64,000 nt of DNA from Psammoneis japonica (GCA_008632985.1 QPGO01000109.1:62001-126000); one strand, 5' to 3'; positions 12,196-25,796 are shown, counted from the stretch's first letter. Numbers and translations are program-made. Notes: a model not told the origin generated them from the letters alone.

Positions 12196-12956
12196 ATGGC
12201 TTTTCTACAAGAGACGGAGACTCAACCAAAAGATAATCGGATGACCTTTTGGACAAGCTTAGAAGCCATGAATCGCTGAAAGTGGATCATGAACCAGTCT
12301 CTTCTCGCCGTGCTGCCGTGCTGGTGGGCTTATTCTTCAACAAGGAGCGAGAACTTTGCGTGCTTCTCACGCAGCGAAGTAACAAACTTAGATCTCATGC
12401 AGGAGAGGTATGTCTGCCAGGAGGTAAATCAGACGGCGAAGAGAGTGCACAAGACACGGCGCTGCGAGAATCGATGGAAGAGATCGGGTTATCTGCGGCT
12501 CAACAGCACGTGTTGGAACTACTGGGAGCATTAGAACCAAGGGTCTCAGCTCATTTACTTTCCGTAACTCCAGTCGTTGCTCTCATCAAACCGCCGCTCT
12601 TGAATTCAAAAGATCAAAGGGTTCAACACGGTTTTGTGGTGAAAGCAAATCCTCATGAAGTGGCTTCTGTCTTTACCGTCCCACTCGCGTTCTTTTATGA
12701 TCCTCCGCCTGAAAAGTACAGTTTCTATGACTATTCTTGGAAAGGCTTTTCGGTAAGAATCCACGAGTTTGATTATCGTGATAGTCATCAGCAGTATCGA
12801 GTATGGGGGTTGACTGCTCATATGTTAGTACAAGTGGCATCAATAGTGTACGGCGGCAAGCAACAAAATCGAATTCAACTTGATCCTCCTGGATTACCGA
12901 GGCATGTTGATTTGCGTGTAAACAATGACAACAACATTGAATCAACATCGCAGTAG
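12196..12956 (+). CDS. Nudix hydrolase, CoA-pyrophosphatase (NUDT7/NUDT8/PCD1-like)
   Basis: LLTQRSNKLRSHAGEVCLPGGK plus Nudix box ALRESMEEIG, NPHEVASVF, VWGLTA. The ATG at 12196 joins the 12249 frame if one T is missing at ~12247-12250; start uncertain. Confidence 0.85.
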
Positions 12957-13030
12957 CAGTAGCCAAAAATTGAAAACGAAGGATTTGTGAATAATTTGCT
13001 TATGTGCATCCTATATATTTTCCCCGAATA

Positions 13031-15135
13031 TTAAGATTCGGAAGTCGTTACGGTTGAGGCATCTTCTGCGACAGCGGCGGCGGTTGCTGCCAGCATGAGA
13101 ACGTGAACTGGTGACGCGTGTTCATCTTGTGTCGGAGCAGCAGCGGACAAGTTGGGACTCTTATGAGTCGCTTCTTCTTCAATATCACAAATGCTTGGTT
13201 TCTTCATTGGTGCGGTGTTAGTGGAATTTGGCGTGACAATTTGCGATGTCTTCGCCTCCATATCTTGTGTCGGCGTGGTAGGCGGAGCCTCGTCGGTATT
13301 CCCCTTGCCCTCGGATGCTGCCTTCCTCTCGGCCTTCTTTTTGGCCAAACTGAGCTCAGTCGCTCGCTGATATAAATCTTCAACACTCTTGTTGTGAGCC
13401 AACCCGCGAAGCATTTCCCAGTACCCGAGGTCAGGTTCTTCGGCAGACACTGACCCATTTGCAGTTGGCTTTTCCTTCCCCACAATGGCTTTCAGAATAA
13501 TCTCATCCTCCTGAGGCGTAAACGAAGTAGCTGTCTTGGGCAAACTTTTGCCCGGGTTGCTGTCAAGAGATGATTCGTCTTCAGAACACGAGGCGGTTAA
13601 GGTAGAAGCAGCTGTGGTGATCGAACCTCCGTCAGTAGCAGACTGTTGCTTCTTCTCTTCAGTCTTTGCTTCTTTCGTGAGACGCTTGTGCTTTCCAGGC
13701 ACCCGAGTGTACTTCCCACGAATTCCCTCCCATGCAAACCCGATTGCGTCCAATCTAGACTTTCGCTCTGCACTCAACGTGTGCTTTCGTCTGCGTTGAT
13801 TCTGGACCCAGCCGACGAGCTTTCTGTCCTCTGGTATAGCCAAGGTACTTGGCAATGGCCATGCTTTTCCTTGTACTTGAGCAAGCGCCCAAACATCTCG
13901 TCCCATTGATTCTGGTGCGATACACCAGTGGCTACCCAAACAAAGCCGATATCCTCTAACCGCTTTCGCCGATCCTCGGATAAGTCATGACGGTATTCAC
14001 GCTGCTTGCTCACCCATCGTCCCAACTGAATGTCTTCCTTGTACTGCCAATGCACAAGGCAGTCGCCATTCTTCTTCTTGTATTCGACGAGGCGTTCATA
14101 CATAATATTCCATTGCTCGTCACGTGTTCGACGGCAACGCTTCTTTTTGTTACTCTTTCCATCGTCGCTTGACGCTGATCGCTTCTTTTTGGACGATGCT
14201 TGATGTTCTTGAGTCTGCATAGGATCTTGATACCATAGAGAATTTCGAAGCGTAGTAGGCTCGTTGAATCTGTTAAAACGTGAGTATAGGTTCATGTTAG
14301 GGAAAGCAATGGGCTCAATACTCTGACTTTGCTTCGATGGAGTCATAGGCGATGACATATCGTCTAGCTTGCCGCCGTACAGCCCCTTCATTTCGGAGAT
14401 TGACATGTGGTCAAGTGAAGGACGTTGGTGTGTAGCCGATACTGCGGCAGCAAGTCCACCGTGTGTCTGAATAGAAGGACGAGGGCTCGAAAGGGACTGG
14501 TTACGCAAATATCCCATCAAACTGCTCATATCCGAAATAGTGGACGTCGATTCCTGCTGTTGAGATGCTGTGGCCTCCGCCAGCGAACCTGAAGCGAGTC
14601 CGCCAATGGACTGTCTGTGCTCTTGAGCTTGAGTGGCCTGACGGAGCTTGGCGAGAAGAAACGGTATTGAATTCTTTTCGTTAGCCTGCTCTTGCGAAGA
14701 TCCGGATATCTCAGATGCAACGGACGACATTCCGAGTGGCATAGAATGGCGACGATTCGGCATGGGTTTGAGGTCGCCTTCGGAGAAGTTATCTTTCAGC
14801 GGGGACATCATCAATGACGGAGATGGCGCAAGCCTCTGGGGTGATTGCATGTTTGAAAGCATGTGCATGTTCATGGCTGGGAATGATGGTGTCCTATTTG
14901 TCCTCTGATGTGTGTCCTCGACTCCTGTTGTACTCTGGCGGCGGTTCGCAGTTGGCATCATGGGGAGACTAGCACCGCCTTCGTTGGTAGTCAGAGCACG
15001 AAGAATATCCAACCGCGTTTGACGAAAATTTAATGCCGATGATGACGAGAGTAGTTCAGAGTAGGCCCTTGCCATTGCGTTTGCCGGATCCTCAGCTTTC
15101 TCCTCATCACGGGATGTTTCCCTGCCCGATGACAT
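13031..15135 (-). CDS. Helicase-associated (HA) repeat domain protein, with apparent 1-nt frameshift at ~13832
   Basis: Two HA domains (WNIMYERLVEYKKKNGDCLV...LGRWVSKQR...LEDIGFVW; WDEMFGRLLKYKEKHGHCQVP|PEDRKLVGWVQNQR...LDAIGFAW). The second is split between ORFs 13774..15165 and 13031..13939. Possible Myb-like segment C-terminally. Confidence 0.85.
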
Positions 15136-16710
15136 GGTGAAAGATGTATGTTGTGTCTCCGACACTCGTCACGTTCTCGAAAAATAGTGTGAGTGAATAA
15201 CCCGTTTGAGAGATATTGTGGTCGAAAAATCCAGTTTTCTTGTTCGCCTCTCCACTCTCCGTAACTGTTTTGGGGGTCTTGGATGTCATAAAGAATGATC
15301 AAACTGGCCAGAAAACCCCGTTTCTCGACAGGCCTCACGGATATGTCTTGCCACTCTTCCAATTTCACGATACATAACGAACGAAAACGGTACCGTAGAT
15401 ACTAGAAATGTCTGGGCTTAACAAAAGTTAGAACCGTATTTTTCTACTTAGGGACAGCCTTTCAAGAATTTTAAAAGAGGCATAATTCTTGCGACGAAAT
15501 GCCCCTTTAAGTAAATTATCGTGAGGGGTGGGCATATCACCTTTCACTCTGATAAAATCCGAGAAATCTGTCTCACACCTCGGGGCACTAATTGATTTCA
15601 TACCTACGTTAAGTACACCGGCGTTGAAGACTACAAAGACATGTGTGTATTCGACAAAATGTTCGCTTTCTCATCATTGCAACCCCTCGCAACATCATAA
15701 AATGCGACCCCGCCCATTAAACGGCCATCTCTGCTTTGCGAGAAGATGTTATTGAGATGCAGGCATACACTACTACTAGGACAACACGTATGCTATTCTA
15801 TATATCTGCAGATAGTACAATTGAAATCGCTTGAGTGAAGCTGCACAAGAAACTTGAAATTGGAGTTTATAGTTTCCGAAAAGGAGTTGTTTGGGGGGAG
15901 AAACAGCCAAGAACATTCGAAAATATCAATCATGTAAAAGTGCCGAGAACAATTTTTTTTTCGATGGCGTCCTTTTGTCGATGAATGTGCAATGCCGTGC
16001 GTTTGTGATTGGTCTCGCGGTGCCTCGGCATCATGTGTCGCAATGTATACAGAGTCATTAAAAGAGTTGCTGTCATGCCGCTGGGTGTCGGGTATTTTGT
16101 GAAGAAGCGGGCACGACAGCTAGCACATGCCACGTCTCCAATGCAGGGCACGCTAGAATGAAGCAGATGAAGCCAACAGTCCGAGCTGTTTTGGGACAAA
16201 GAATCTGCACAAACGGGAAGAGCAAAGATGCGGCCAATAAAGTAACACAGACCACTAAAAGAAAACTAGCTGTGAGCCGCACCAATGCGAGACTAGCCAG
16301 TTGGGAAGCCCCAAGCTGACACCGTGCGAAACTTGTTGCCAGATCAGGGGCGTGCAAATTATTTGACCTCATGAACTGCACATGCGTCTAGCTAGCTAGG
16401 ATACATTTTCTGAATAGAGAGCACTTTCGCTCCAGCAACAACCATGTTGTTACGCCAAATGTATAAGCAATTCCATGTTCAATCGCCACTATATTCGAGG
16501 ATCTCTCTACTCTAGCTAGAGTAGAGAGGGTAGTTTCCAGCATTGTGCACCCCTCGTCCGCCCTTCGTCATGCCCATCTCGCGATCGTTTTTTTTCCCGC
16601 GAAGCTATCCGCGAATCACGAGTCGTGCGCGGCCACGGCGGAATAGTGATAGCGTGCTATTATTCATTACTGTTTTGCATCCACAAACCAACAATAATAC
16701 TACCGGTACC

Positions 16711-18893
16711 ATGCCTTCTTCAACTCGTAGCAATGGCGTTATGTATCGTGGTGGATTCTCTTCTTCCATCTGCAACTTGTTTTCCTCCAAAGACGAAAAG
16801 TCGGACTGTTGCGCTCTTGTTTGTTGCGGTGTTTTGCTTTCCGACAAGACGAGCTTTCTGCTTTATGGACAGCGCCCATCGTGGCCCAGACGTCTTGCAA
16901 TCAATGTCGGTATTCCCGTCATCTACCTACTTGTCATGATTCTCGTTGGACCACTGGTTGTCTCTGGAGATGATACTTCTGAGGAAGCAGAAGCCCAGAG
17001 AGCAGGATGGACTCGAATAACACTATGGGGACTCATCTTGTTGATCTCGGGCTTGATTCTTCGTGCTCGGCGAGAACGCATTCGAGTGCGACTCGATGTT
17101 ATGAAGGCAATGTATGAGGAACGATATCATCATGACGATACACAAGGACGAGCTTCGCTACAGACGTACATTAACACCCACTCTCGAGATGTCCGTCTGG
17201 CACATTCGACTTGTTGTGCTTGCTACCCCGTCGACCTTGTATACGACAACACGACTGAAACACCATTATTGCAACAAGACCAACGAGGTGATTTCTGCAC
17301 CGCGATTTGGAAGGCTGTTTCTTCCATGTGCTGCGTGGCTTGCTGCGGGGCGTGGTGTCAGTGCTTGGGCATGTGTGCGATCGGTCAAGAGTACCGCGAG
17401 ATTTCCACCTTTGGAGACCCGCAAAAAATGGATTACATCACGTTTGAACCCTTTGACAATTATTTTCCTCGAATCGAAGAGCTACGAACTCAGTCTGTGT
17501 ATTCACTCTGGGCTCATCTTGGTGCTCTTTCTCAACTATCGCGCAAGCTACTGAAAATTTTGGGCTGTGCACTCGCGGTTCTTCTTGTGGTTGCCTTGGT
17601 TGGCATCAATGGCAGTTTTGAAGCGGCCAATATGCTGGTGGTACGTATACTTGTTGCAACCCAAGTGTTTTCTTTCTGTATGCTTTTGTTGTTTTGGTTT
17701 CTCACTCTGTCTTTTTCTCTTATCGCTGGTTTCCACAGTTGATTGCAACATTTCTTCAGGCCTTTGGTATTTTGTGGCTCGTCCACTGGGTGTGGCATCG
17801 ACTTGATTTGAGTCTAGATGCTGTCATCAAGTATTTTGCATCTGGTTTTGTCCTATGTACTAGCTTGGCTCTGGTGTATGAGCTTGTTCTGTCTTTTGTT
17901 TTCGGTTTCGTTCTGCAAGTTATCGTGATTGTTGATGTTGGTATTGAGATATCAAAATCCGGAAACGAGAACCCAACCGTGGACGATATCAAAGAGTATG
18001 TCAAGGAGATGACCCATGATTACCCGTGGATTTTTATAATTGGTATCTTTATGAATGCCTTTGTGGTGGCAGCCATGGTAGAAGAACTAGCAAAATATTT
18101 TTCCTTCTGGATGGTGGAGCATCCAGACATGGACGTATCTCAGGGAGCGATTGTAACAAGGAACGGAGGTGGAGCACTCGCGTCATCCAACGAGGCAACC
18201 TATCATAGCGTCGAGACCAATGAAGAGGGTCAAGATAGTGCCACACCTCCACGTGACCGTGAATCCAACACGCAAACCGACATTGCGGACGACGTGGAAA
18301 CAGGGACTGCGCATCGTACCTTGCAATGGCGTTCGGTGGACTCTCTGGGTGTTGGTATTACGATTGCCATGGTTGCTACTGCACTAGGCTATGCCTGCTG
18401 TGAGAACATTTTGTATATTTTTGTGTATACGCCACCGACTGTCGCCAACGAAGTAACGACCCTCCTGGTGCGATCCATATTTCCAGTTCACCCACTTGCT
18501 GCTGCAATTCAAAGCATTGGTGTGTGCGAGCGCGACTTGGAGGGAAGAAAGCATGTCGGCATTGGCAGGATCATACTTCCTGCCTGGTTACTGCACGGGT
18601 CATTTGATTTCATTCTAATGCTTTTCGCATTTCTTCAGACATTGAAAGATGTTGATACCGGCGACGATGATGATGCATCGACGCCATCAGGAAAGGATGA
18701 AACGGTCACAATGACTGATATGATTCCACTCGTATTGGTCTTTGTGGTTGTTTTGGTGGGTGCGCTCTACTATATTTTAATGTCACGAGCTCAACGAAAG
18801 CGACTGGTTGGACTAGAGCTTAGCTCTCGTCAGCTGCAACACCCAGAGGACAGTACGGTCGATGCCTTGTCGGAAGGCGTTGCCATGACATAA
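16711..18893 (+). CDS. Multi-pass membrane protein with Cys-rich PLAC8-like segments and a PrsW-family intramembrane protease domain; 2 exons (16711-17640, 17739-18893)
   Basis: Intron GTACGT...ACAG (17641-17738) joins the two ORFs in frame. PrsW motifs AAMVEELAKY, GYACCENILY, VHPL, LLHGSFD; DCCALVCCG and CQCLGMCAIGQE. Confidence 0.85.
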
Positions 18894-18978
18894 CGCTTTT
18901 CGCTCGGGGGTAACGGAATGGGATGCCAGGATTTTTTAGAATGAAATTAACGTTACTATTGTTTGTCTATAATATGAT

Positions 18979-20358
18979 TTATTCGATTTGCTGTAGGAAA
19001 TCGATAATGTGCTGGTTGACTTGGTCTTGCTCAAGAAGGAATCCATCGTGTCCGTCCTGTGACTCAATAATTCGTAGAGTAGCAGCTGGTATTTTGTTTG
19101 CGAGTTCCTCTTGTTCATAAAGTGGATACAACACGTCACTGTCGATTCCCAACACAAGCGTCGGTACAACAACATTCGCCAATGCCTCGTCAATCCCGCC
19201 GCGATTTCTCCCCACGTCGTGTGTGTCCATTTGTTCCGTTAGTTTCACATACGTGACAGGATCGAATCTGTTTAGAAACTTTTGTCCTTGATACTCTAGG
19301 TATGACTTGACTTGGTATTGTTCCGCTTCTCCGGGCGATGCCTTGGTTGTACGACCAAACTTGTTCTGGTATCCCGTGGGCGTCCGGTAACTCACCATTC
19401 CGATTTGACGCGCTACGGATAAACCCGCAGTGGCCTTTTCAGGCTCGTCAGACGACCAATAAGGATCAGCGTAAATAGCCTGTCTCTGCACTTCTGAAAT
19501 AGCAATTTGCCAAGCTGTATGGCTCGCACCGCAAGCAATAGGAACAACAGATCGACAAAATGGCAAACCTTACAAAAGGCAGGCGCAAAGGTGTAGTCTG
19601 AGGATGAGATACATTCTGACTATAGAGTGCGACTTGATCAGCACACGATACTCATACCAAAACTACTTACCGTTGGGTGACTTAAAGGTAGACTGATTGG
19701 AACCAGCTTGTGCGGCAAATTCTACAGCTTGCATTCCTCCAAAGCTTCCTCCAATTACAGTCTTTATGGAATGAATACCAAGCTCGTCTTGCATCAACTT
19801 GAGTTGCAATGCTACTGTATCTCTGACTGATACTGCAGGAAAATCGATCCCATAATGCTGACCATTGTTGTTGGGATGTATGCTTTGAGGAGACGTGCTT
19901 CCATAGCAGGATCCCAAAATATTGCAGCACACCACAAAGTATTGGGATGTGTCAAAGGCCCGTCCCGGCCCGAGCAACTCACCCCACCAGGCGTGCAGAG
20001 ACGCATTTCCCGTCAGTGCGTGACAAATAACCAAGACATTGTCTCGTTCCTCGTTCAATGTACCGTACGTTTGATATCGAATTTGTGGATTCAATAGGCT
20101 TTCTCCGGATTCCAAAACATACTCTCCGTCGTAGTGATAGGTGTTGCCGTCGCTGGTCATGTCGCCGTATTCATCTTGCATAGCAATATTTTTAGCAGAA
20201 GTATTCACAGTAGGCTCCTCTTGAGAAGAAGAAGTAGTTGTTATTGTGGATGAGAAGGACCGCGGACTCCTTCGAACCAACAAAGATGAAGTGATGGAAT
20301 GACATCGACGCCTACTCGGTGCGGTACTTTGCGGTTGTGAAACAAATTGAATCATCAT
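18979..20358 (-). CDS. metX: Homoserine O-acetyltransferase; 2 exons (20358-19671, 19568-18979)
   Basis: ICHALTG, WWGELLGPG, GGSFGGMQ nucleophile elbow, GIDSDVLYP, GHDGFLLE. Intron GTAAGT...AAG (19670-19569) restores the frame. Start could instead be 20448. Confidence 0.92.
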
Positions 20359-20624
20359 TGAGAAAAAACGCGAATTGTTTTTTCGATTGCGTGAGACTGG
20401 TGATATGACCTTTGGAATTGAAGAACCTGCAGATGCAATGAACGACATGATGAAAATCAAAAAGAACACCGCGATGGTGCTCTGACATTATTCTTTTACT
20501 GCTTTCACACCTGGTTTGAAAGCATTTTATGGCGGGAAATGTGATGGCTACGGCCTACGGCGGCATCAGTAGAAATTGTACGGAGTTTTTTTGTGGCCGT
20601 CGTCGACGATGCGCGCCGCGCAGG

Positions 20625-20688
20625 GGCCACAGAAACCCGGATCTGATAGTTTGTGAGGCCACAGAAACCCGGATATGATAGTTTGTGA
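20625..20688. repeat. Two tandem 32-bp direct repeats upstream of metX
   Basis: ggccacagaaacccggat(c/a)tgatagtttgtga x2, one mismatch. Confidence 0.9.
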
Positions 20689-20819
20689 GAGGAAAAGCAG
20701 GCGTCCGAGCTTCCCAACCTGTCACCCATTCTATTATTTGTAGAGATATTCTATCTATCTCACAGCCCTGCCTCCTGCTTGTTTGTGGTAGTTGATTTCA
20801 TCGAATGCAGGTAAAACAT

Positions 20820-22115
20820 CTATTTTGTTTCGGCAAAGGCCATTGCAAGTCCCCAAGCAATCATGCTCTTGACGAGCAACCCGGGAATAAACACCGTCAC
20901 GTGTCCAAAGAAATCTACCTGTCCTTTTGAACAAACAAGCCATAAGAAACCAAGCAACACTGTGGAAGATTGCCCCAGCGAGGCCGCAAGCAAAGGATGA
21001 AACCCTTGGTTGTAATGCAAGATTCCCGAAATGTATGCACAAGGTATCATACCGACAATGTAGCCAAACGATGCCATCTTTCGCCGCGTGTACAAGTAAC
21101 TGGTAGTCCAGAGCGATGTATAAATCATTGCGCCCAGAGATGCTCGAGTAGGGCCAAGAGATAGTCCTGCCCAGGCTGCCCAAAGTGTGTGTAGCGTGAC
21201 GGGGATCGATGACAGAGTAGCCGGTACTTGAACGCGCACGTTTCCACCAATGTGGAGTAAAGTTGAAACAAAAACTGACGCAGCCAAATCACACGCTATT
21301 CCAGAATCATCAAAGGGATAAAGGCGTCCGAGGAATACCGCCAACAAAATGATTCCAGTATGGAACTTTCTTGCCCGTACTTGACGCCGTTTCTCGTGCA
21401 GACAAAACTTTCCCAAAGACAACGACATGTTGTTATTTGCGCTCATCCCTTGTAGTAATATTATTTGAGCCAGCTCTAGTCCATCTTGAATAGCAATGTC
21501 TGCGCCACGTTGAACACGACGTGTACCCAAATCAAATTTTCGATCCTGAACCCATCGCGCATCACCGAGAATTGCTACTCGTCCTGGTCGCCCATAACAA
21601 CTACATTTGCGGACACTCGAAAGCACTCCATCCGCTCCAACGACAATATCAAAAGGTCCAACTGCTGTGTCATGTTCAAGTACTTTGCAGTAAAGTTTAC
21701 CAGTGCTTTCGTCACATTCCACGTTGCTTACGCGTTGATTGTATCGAATGCAACATGTTGACTTTATGCGGTCGCTCATGGCCCGCTTGAGATCTTGTTG
21801 AAGAACAACGCAATTCTTTAGCCCATCTGTATTGTTGCTAGTAAGGTCCTTCCACACCTTGTCCATTCCAAGACGCTTGAACGATGCCTCACCATTTGGT
21901 AGGTACAGGTCACCAACGACACATGCGGCATCGCTATCCCGAGCCTCCAAGATTGTGACCTTGAAAGCTTCATTATTATCGCCGGTTTTATTGTTCTTGA
22001 GAGCAATGGCCAAGGACAGGCCACCAAAGCCAGCTCCAACAATAGCAATAGTAAATGCTTCTGGTTGTTGCTCTGCTGGTGGCTGTTGCTGCGGCGGCGT
22101 CGGAGGAGCGGCCAT
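20820..22115 (-). CDS. FAD-binding monooxygenase-like domain fused to a BioY-like (biotin ECF S-component) membrane domain
   Basis: IVGAGFGGL, VVGADG and ILGDA flavoprotein motifs. C-terminal IPVTLHTLWAAWAGLSLGP, SFGYIVG and FIPGLLVK resemble BioY. Single 431-aa ORF. Confidence 0.75.
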   Translation of the reverse strand: MAAPPTPPQQQPPAEQQPEAFTIAIVGAGFGGLSLAIALKNNKTGDNNEAFKVTILEARDSDAACVVGDLYLPNGEASFKRLGMDKVWKDLTSNNTDGLKNCVVLQQDLKRAMSDRIKSTCCIRYNQRVSNVECDESTGKLYCKVLEHDTAVGPFDIVVGADGVLSSVRKCSCYGRPGRVAILGDARWVQDRKFDLGTRRVQRGADIAIQDGLELAQIILLQGMSANNNMSLSLGKFCLHEKRRQVRARKFHTGIILLAVFLGRLYPFDDSGIACDLAASVFVSTLLHIGGNVRVQVPATLSSIPVTLHTLWAAWAGLSLGPTRASLGAMIYTSLWTTSYLYTRRKMASFGYIVGMIPCAYISGILHYNQGFHPLLAASLGQSSTVLLGFLWLVCSKGQVDFFGHVTVFIPGLLVKSMIAWGLAMAFAETK

Positions 22116-22269
22116 GGTGATGCTGCCTCAGCGGTACTGTATGATGTAGCAGTACGCAAGCTTTTCCCGCGCTACCTCAACGGAAATTGTGGTAATGAAT
22201 TTTTAACGCTCATGACTAAACTTCTTTCACGAATGACGTCACCTTCATTCGTTTGTTGAAGTTCTTGCG

Positions 22270-25200
22270 ATCGGATGATTCTGAGACAACGGCTTCACAC
22301 GGTTCCCTTCATTTCACCACACCACCTCCTGACCTTTGCCAAGTCTGCGTCTCGTCTAACTTTGTGGCCGTTTTGCTGGCATCTGCCATCATTGCACGGT
22401 CGCGACATTGTGCAAAAGACAGTGCATGCACAAGCTGCACCAGTCGAAGAACGGCGGCAAGCTCGGCTTGACGAGCGACATTGTTGAACGTCATGATCTG
22501 CTCACGGTTGCCGCCGCCAGTGTGCCTCAAGTTCAGCTTTTCTTCAAAGCACACAAGACATGGCATTTTGGGCTGGACAAAAACAAGGGTTCTTTGTGGA
22601 ACAGATCGACGCATTCTCCAGCCCCAGCAAGTGGCATCTCGCAGCACTGACGAGCGACACAATTGTTTTTTGAGAGTGTCACCCAAAAAGAGCTGGCAAC
22701 CTGTGTGGCACATCTGTGTTCACGGAGAGGATGCCAATGGAAGAACGTGTCTGTTTCCTGTGGCAGAAGACAAATTAAGTCTGGAAAGTGTCAATTAAAT
22801 TTGACCAGCCAGCACGCAGCAGGAGTTGTCGTGCAGGCACCGCGCAGATTCACTCAGGGTTGTGTGGAAAAAATGCAGGTTTGTTGCATTGAGCATGGGT
22901 CACCCTGCTTTAGACAAGCAAAAACCCAGCAGATCTCAGTGCAAAACCTGCATCGAACCTGCCTCCTGTGCAACAAGCCAAAAGGTTGTCAGCGGCATTT
23001 TTCCTTCTTGCACTTTTGACCCAGCAATGTCTCCATGGCTGAAGACACTGGTGTGTCATCCTGTTGCATGGTGACATCACTGCCACATGGAATCATGCAC
23101 AATCCCAGCATCAAATTTCCCAACCAACCAGCAATGAAGAATCACATCCCAGCATTGGGGGTCACATGGTGCTGCACATGATTCTGTGAAAATTTTGCAC
23201 TGAGACCAGGTGCCGGGCAAGATTCCTGAAATCTGGGCAAATGCCACCTCTGAGCATCAACCCGGTGTGATTCCGTGTTTTTTTGTGGTTCTTGACCTGG
23301 TGCTGGTGAGAGTTGGTCACAGCAAACCACAAAATGGCAAACCACAGGTGTGAGCCATGTTTTGTGCATGTCCTTTTTCATTCATGCAGCGCACATGCCC
23401 AAAATCAAAATTCCAAATTTTCTCCAAGCCGAAACTGTTCAGAACATCTGAAAGAGCACCACAGCCATGAGTTGTCCACTTCCATCCCCATTGCAACACT
23501 TGCACTAAGGTGCCTTGTTCTGCTCTTTGCACACTCCCATCGGCAAATCGCACAAGGCCGCTTGTGTGAGCGCTGTTGTTTCTGTCATTTTGCTGCATGC
23601 CTGCGACTGTTTGTTGAATGTGTTGCCTCCATTTTCTCACTTTGCATGCTGTTGATGTCATCTCCTTGTTCAACCTCCAGCAAGGTGTCTGCAGGGAAAA
23701 TGCTGTGCTTTGCAATCAATCAAGTGCCATGATGCAAGGTGTCACCTTCTTGTTCCATTTCCCGTGCAGCATCTGTGACATCAATGGCTGACAGCAGCCC
23801 TGGCAAGGGGAGTTTGGACACCACTCATTTGGAGGACAGGCCTGTCCAGCAAACACGTGCGCAGCATGTGGAGCACTTTGCACCACCTTCTCATGGCTCA
23901 GCCCCCCTTTTTGTTGGCGGCAGCTCTTTTGCTGGTGGTGGCAGTGGGTGGTGGTGGTGGCTCTTTTGTTGGTGGCAGTTTGTGTCATCTGGGGGATCAG
24001 AAAGCAACACATCCAGGTGCTGCACCTTTCTGTGGTGGCCCTGTTGCAACGCCCCAGTCACAACAGCCAGTCATGACATGCAGTGCACAGCATGGTGGCT
24101 TCCATTCTGGTGCTGGTTGTTTTTGGGTGTCTCTGTGGGTCCCACTGCATCAGTGTTTGGTGGTGGGTTGGCTTCCAAAGGTGGCTGCAATTGTGTTGGA
24201 GGCATCTCTTGTGGTGATGATGATGCCTGCTTTGGCACTGGTGTTGGCAGGTCCTGAGTTTGTGCATCTGGTGCTGACTCAGATGGCGCCAGTGGTTCTG
24301 GCAGATTGAGCAAGAGTTTTGACATGATTTCCAATGTCTCAATTGATGGACAAGATGATCTTTTGTCTTTTGCAGATGTTCATGAACTGGGCAGTGGAGT
24401 TGCTGTGGGCAATGGTCCTGCTGGTTTGAGCATCACATGCACTGACCCTCCACCTTTTCCAGTGGAAGACGTGTCTTCACCATCCAAATGCAAGGTTTTT
24501 TGTCAGCACGACTGGAGCAGGGTTCTCACCATCACTTGTTCAAGGAATCCATTTTCAACCTTGGCTTTGCACTCAAGGAGCCTGACTCCAGTTGTTGTCA
24601 TTTTTCTAAGTCCAACAGGAAAGCTCTCATTGTGAATGGTGGGCTGTTCATTCCACATTGGGGAGATGACACAAAGTGGATTCATTTCATTCAACAGAGT
24701 GCCGAGCAGTGTTGCCTTGCGAGGATGGGCAGGATGCCGCGCACTGCCCAACTGCCTTCTCTGACTTTTGCGTGGTGCAATGTCATCTGCTCTTGACAAT
24801 GAGAGTGACAGATCCATCCACGAGTTTCCATCATTTTCTCTCTGCAACAGATGCAGTTGCTGTAGCAACAACAAATCATTTGTCATCTGGAATGGCAAGG
24901 AGCAGGCCAGCCGTCATGTCTCTGCAGTCGACTGCTGGTTTTTCCATCATGTGATGATTGACCCTGGTTCCAAGAAGAACAAAATTCCCAAGACTGCCAA
25001 CAAGCATGGCTCAAGCATGCACTGTGATGTGGGTTGGTCTGGTGGCAAGAGAGCAGCTCTTGCGAAAACTCTGTTGACAGACACTGCACACGCCAAACGC
25101 AAGAGCCGCCACTCATCAAGAGCCGGTTGTTCAGCACATGGTTGGACTGAGCCATCTCTGTCTGCTGCAACATCACTTGTTGCAGCAAACACACCCTTTG

Positions 25201-25690
25201 GGAAACATCTTTTTGCACTTTGCCTTCTTGAGCGCATCCAAGCAGTGTTGGGTTTTGGAGCCATCGACAATCTCTTCCTCAGCTGGGCCCAAGCTGTCAA
25301 GCTCCTCTGACAAAGAGCATCAGCGAGCCAGTCTTTTGCAAGAAGTTCCTTGCTTTGCCTCTCAAGAGGACGCTCTGCAGAGTGAGAGCCCAGCGCTCCC
25401 ACGAACGATGCCACCGACACGGAAAACAATGCATCCCGATGGCATGGAGGTGGACCGGATGAGTCGGGTGAGTCAGAGGGAGAGACTGCTGGCCAGGTGC
25501 CTGGCGAGATTCCTGAAATCTAGGCAAACGCCACCTCCGAGCGTCGACCCGGCGTGATTCCGCTGTTTTTTCGTGTGGTTCTCGACCTGGTGCTGGTTCG
25601 TGATTTCCGAGTCGCGTCGTGATTCCCGGAAAGTAATTATGACTTTTTTAGTCGTACACTTCTAACCTTACCTACAGGTAGGATTCCGGT
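22270..25690. mobile_element. Hypermutated repeat tract, element class not identified
   Basis: TpA/CpG-depleted with no credible ORF. Contains a ~100-bp direct repeat (23206-23306 / 25493-25596). Boundaries approximate. Confidence 0.5.
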
Positions 25691-25796
25691 ACAAAAAACA
25701 TGACTGACCTGGACCAGGTGATGATTCCCGCGGAAACCCAGCAGGAACCGTTCCTGACGAGTGAGATGAGAACCAGAACACCATCAACAATAATCG

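Noticed and set aside
12150..12236. Stop-codon readthrough at TAA 12234 from ATG 12150 into the Nudix ORF
   Set aside because: A single missing T with ATG 12196 explains the gene more simply and matches the indel pattern seen elsewhere.
13774..13939. Programmed ribosomal frameshifting in the HA gene and other genes
   Set aside because: No slippery heptamer is evident; the recurrent homopolymer losses point to sequencing error.
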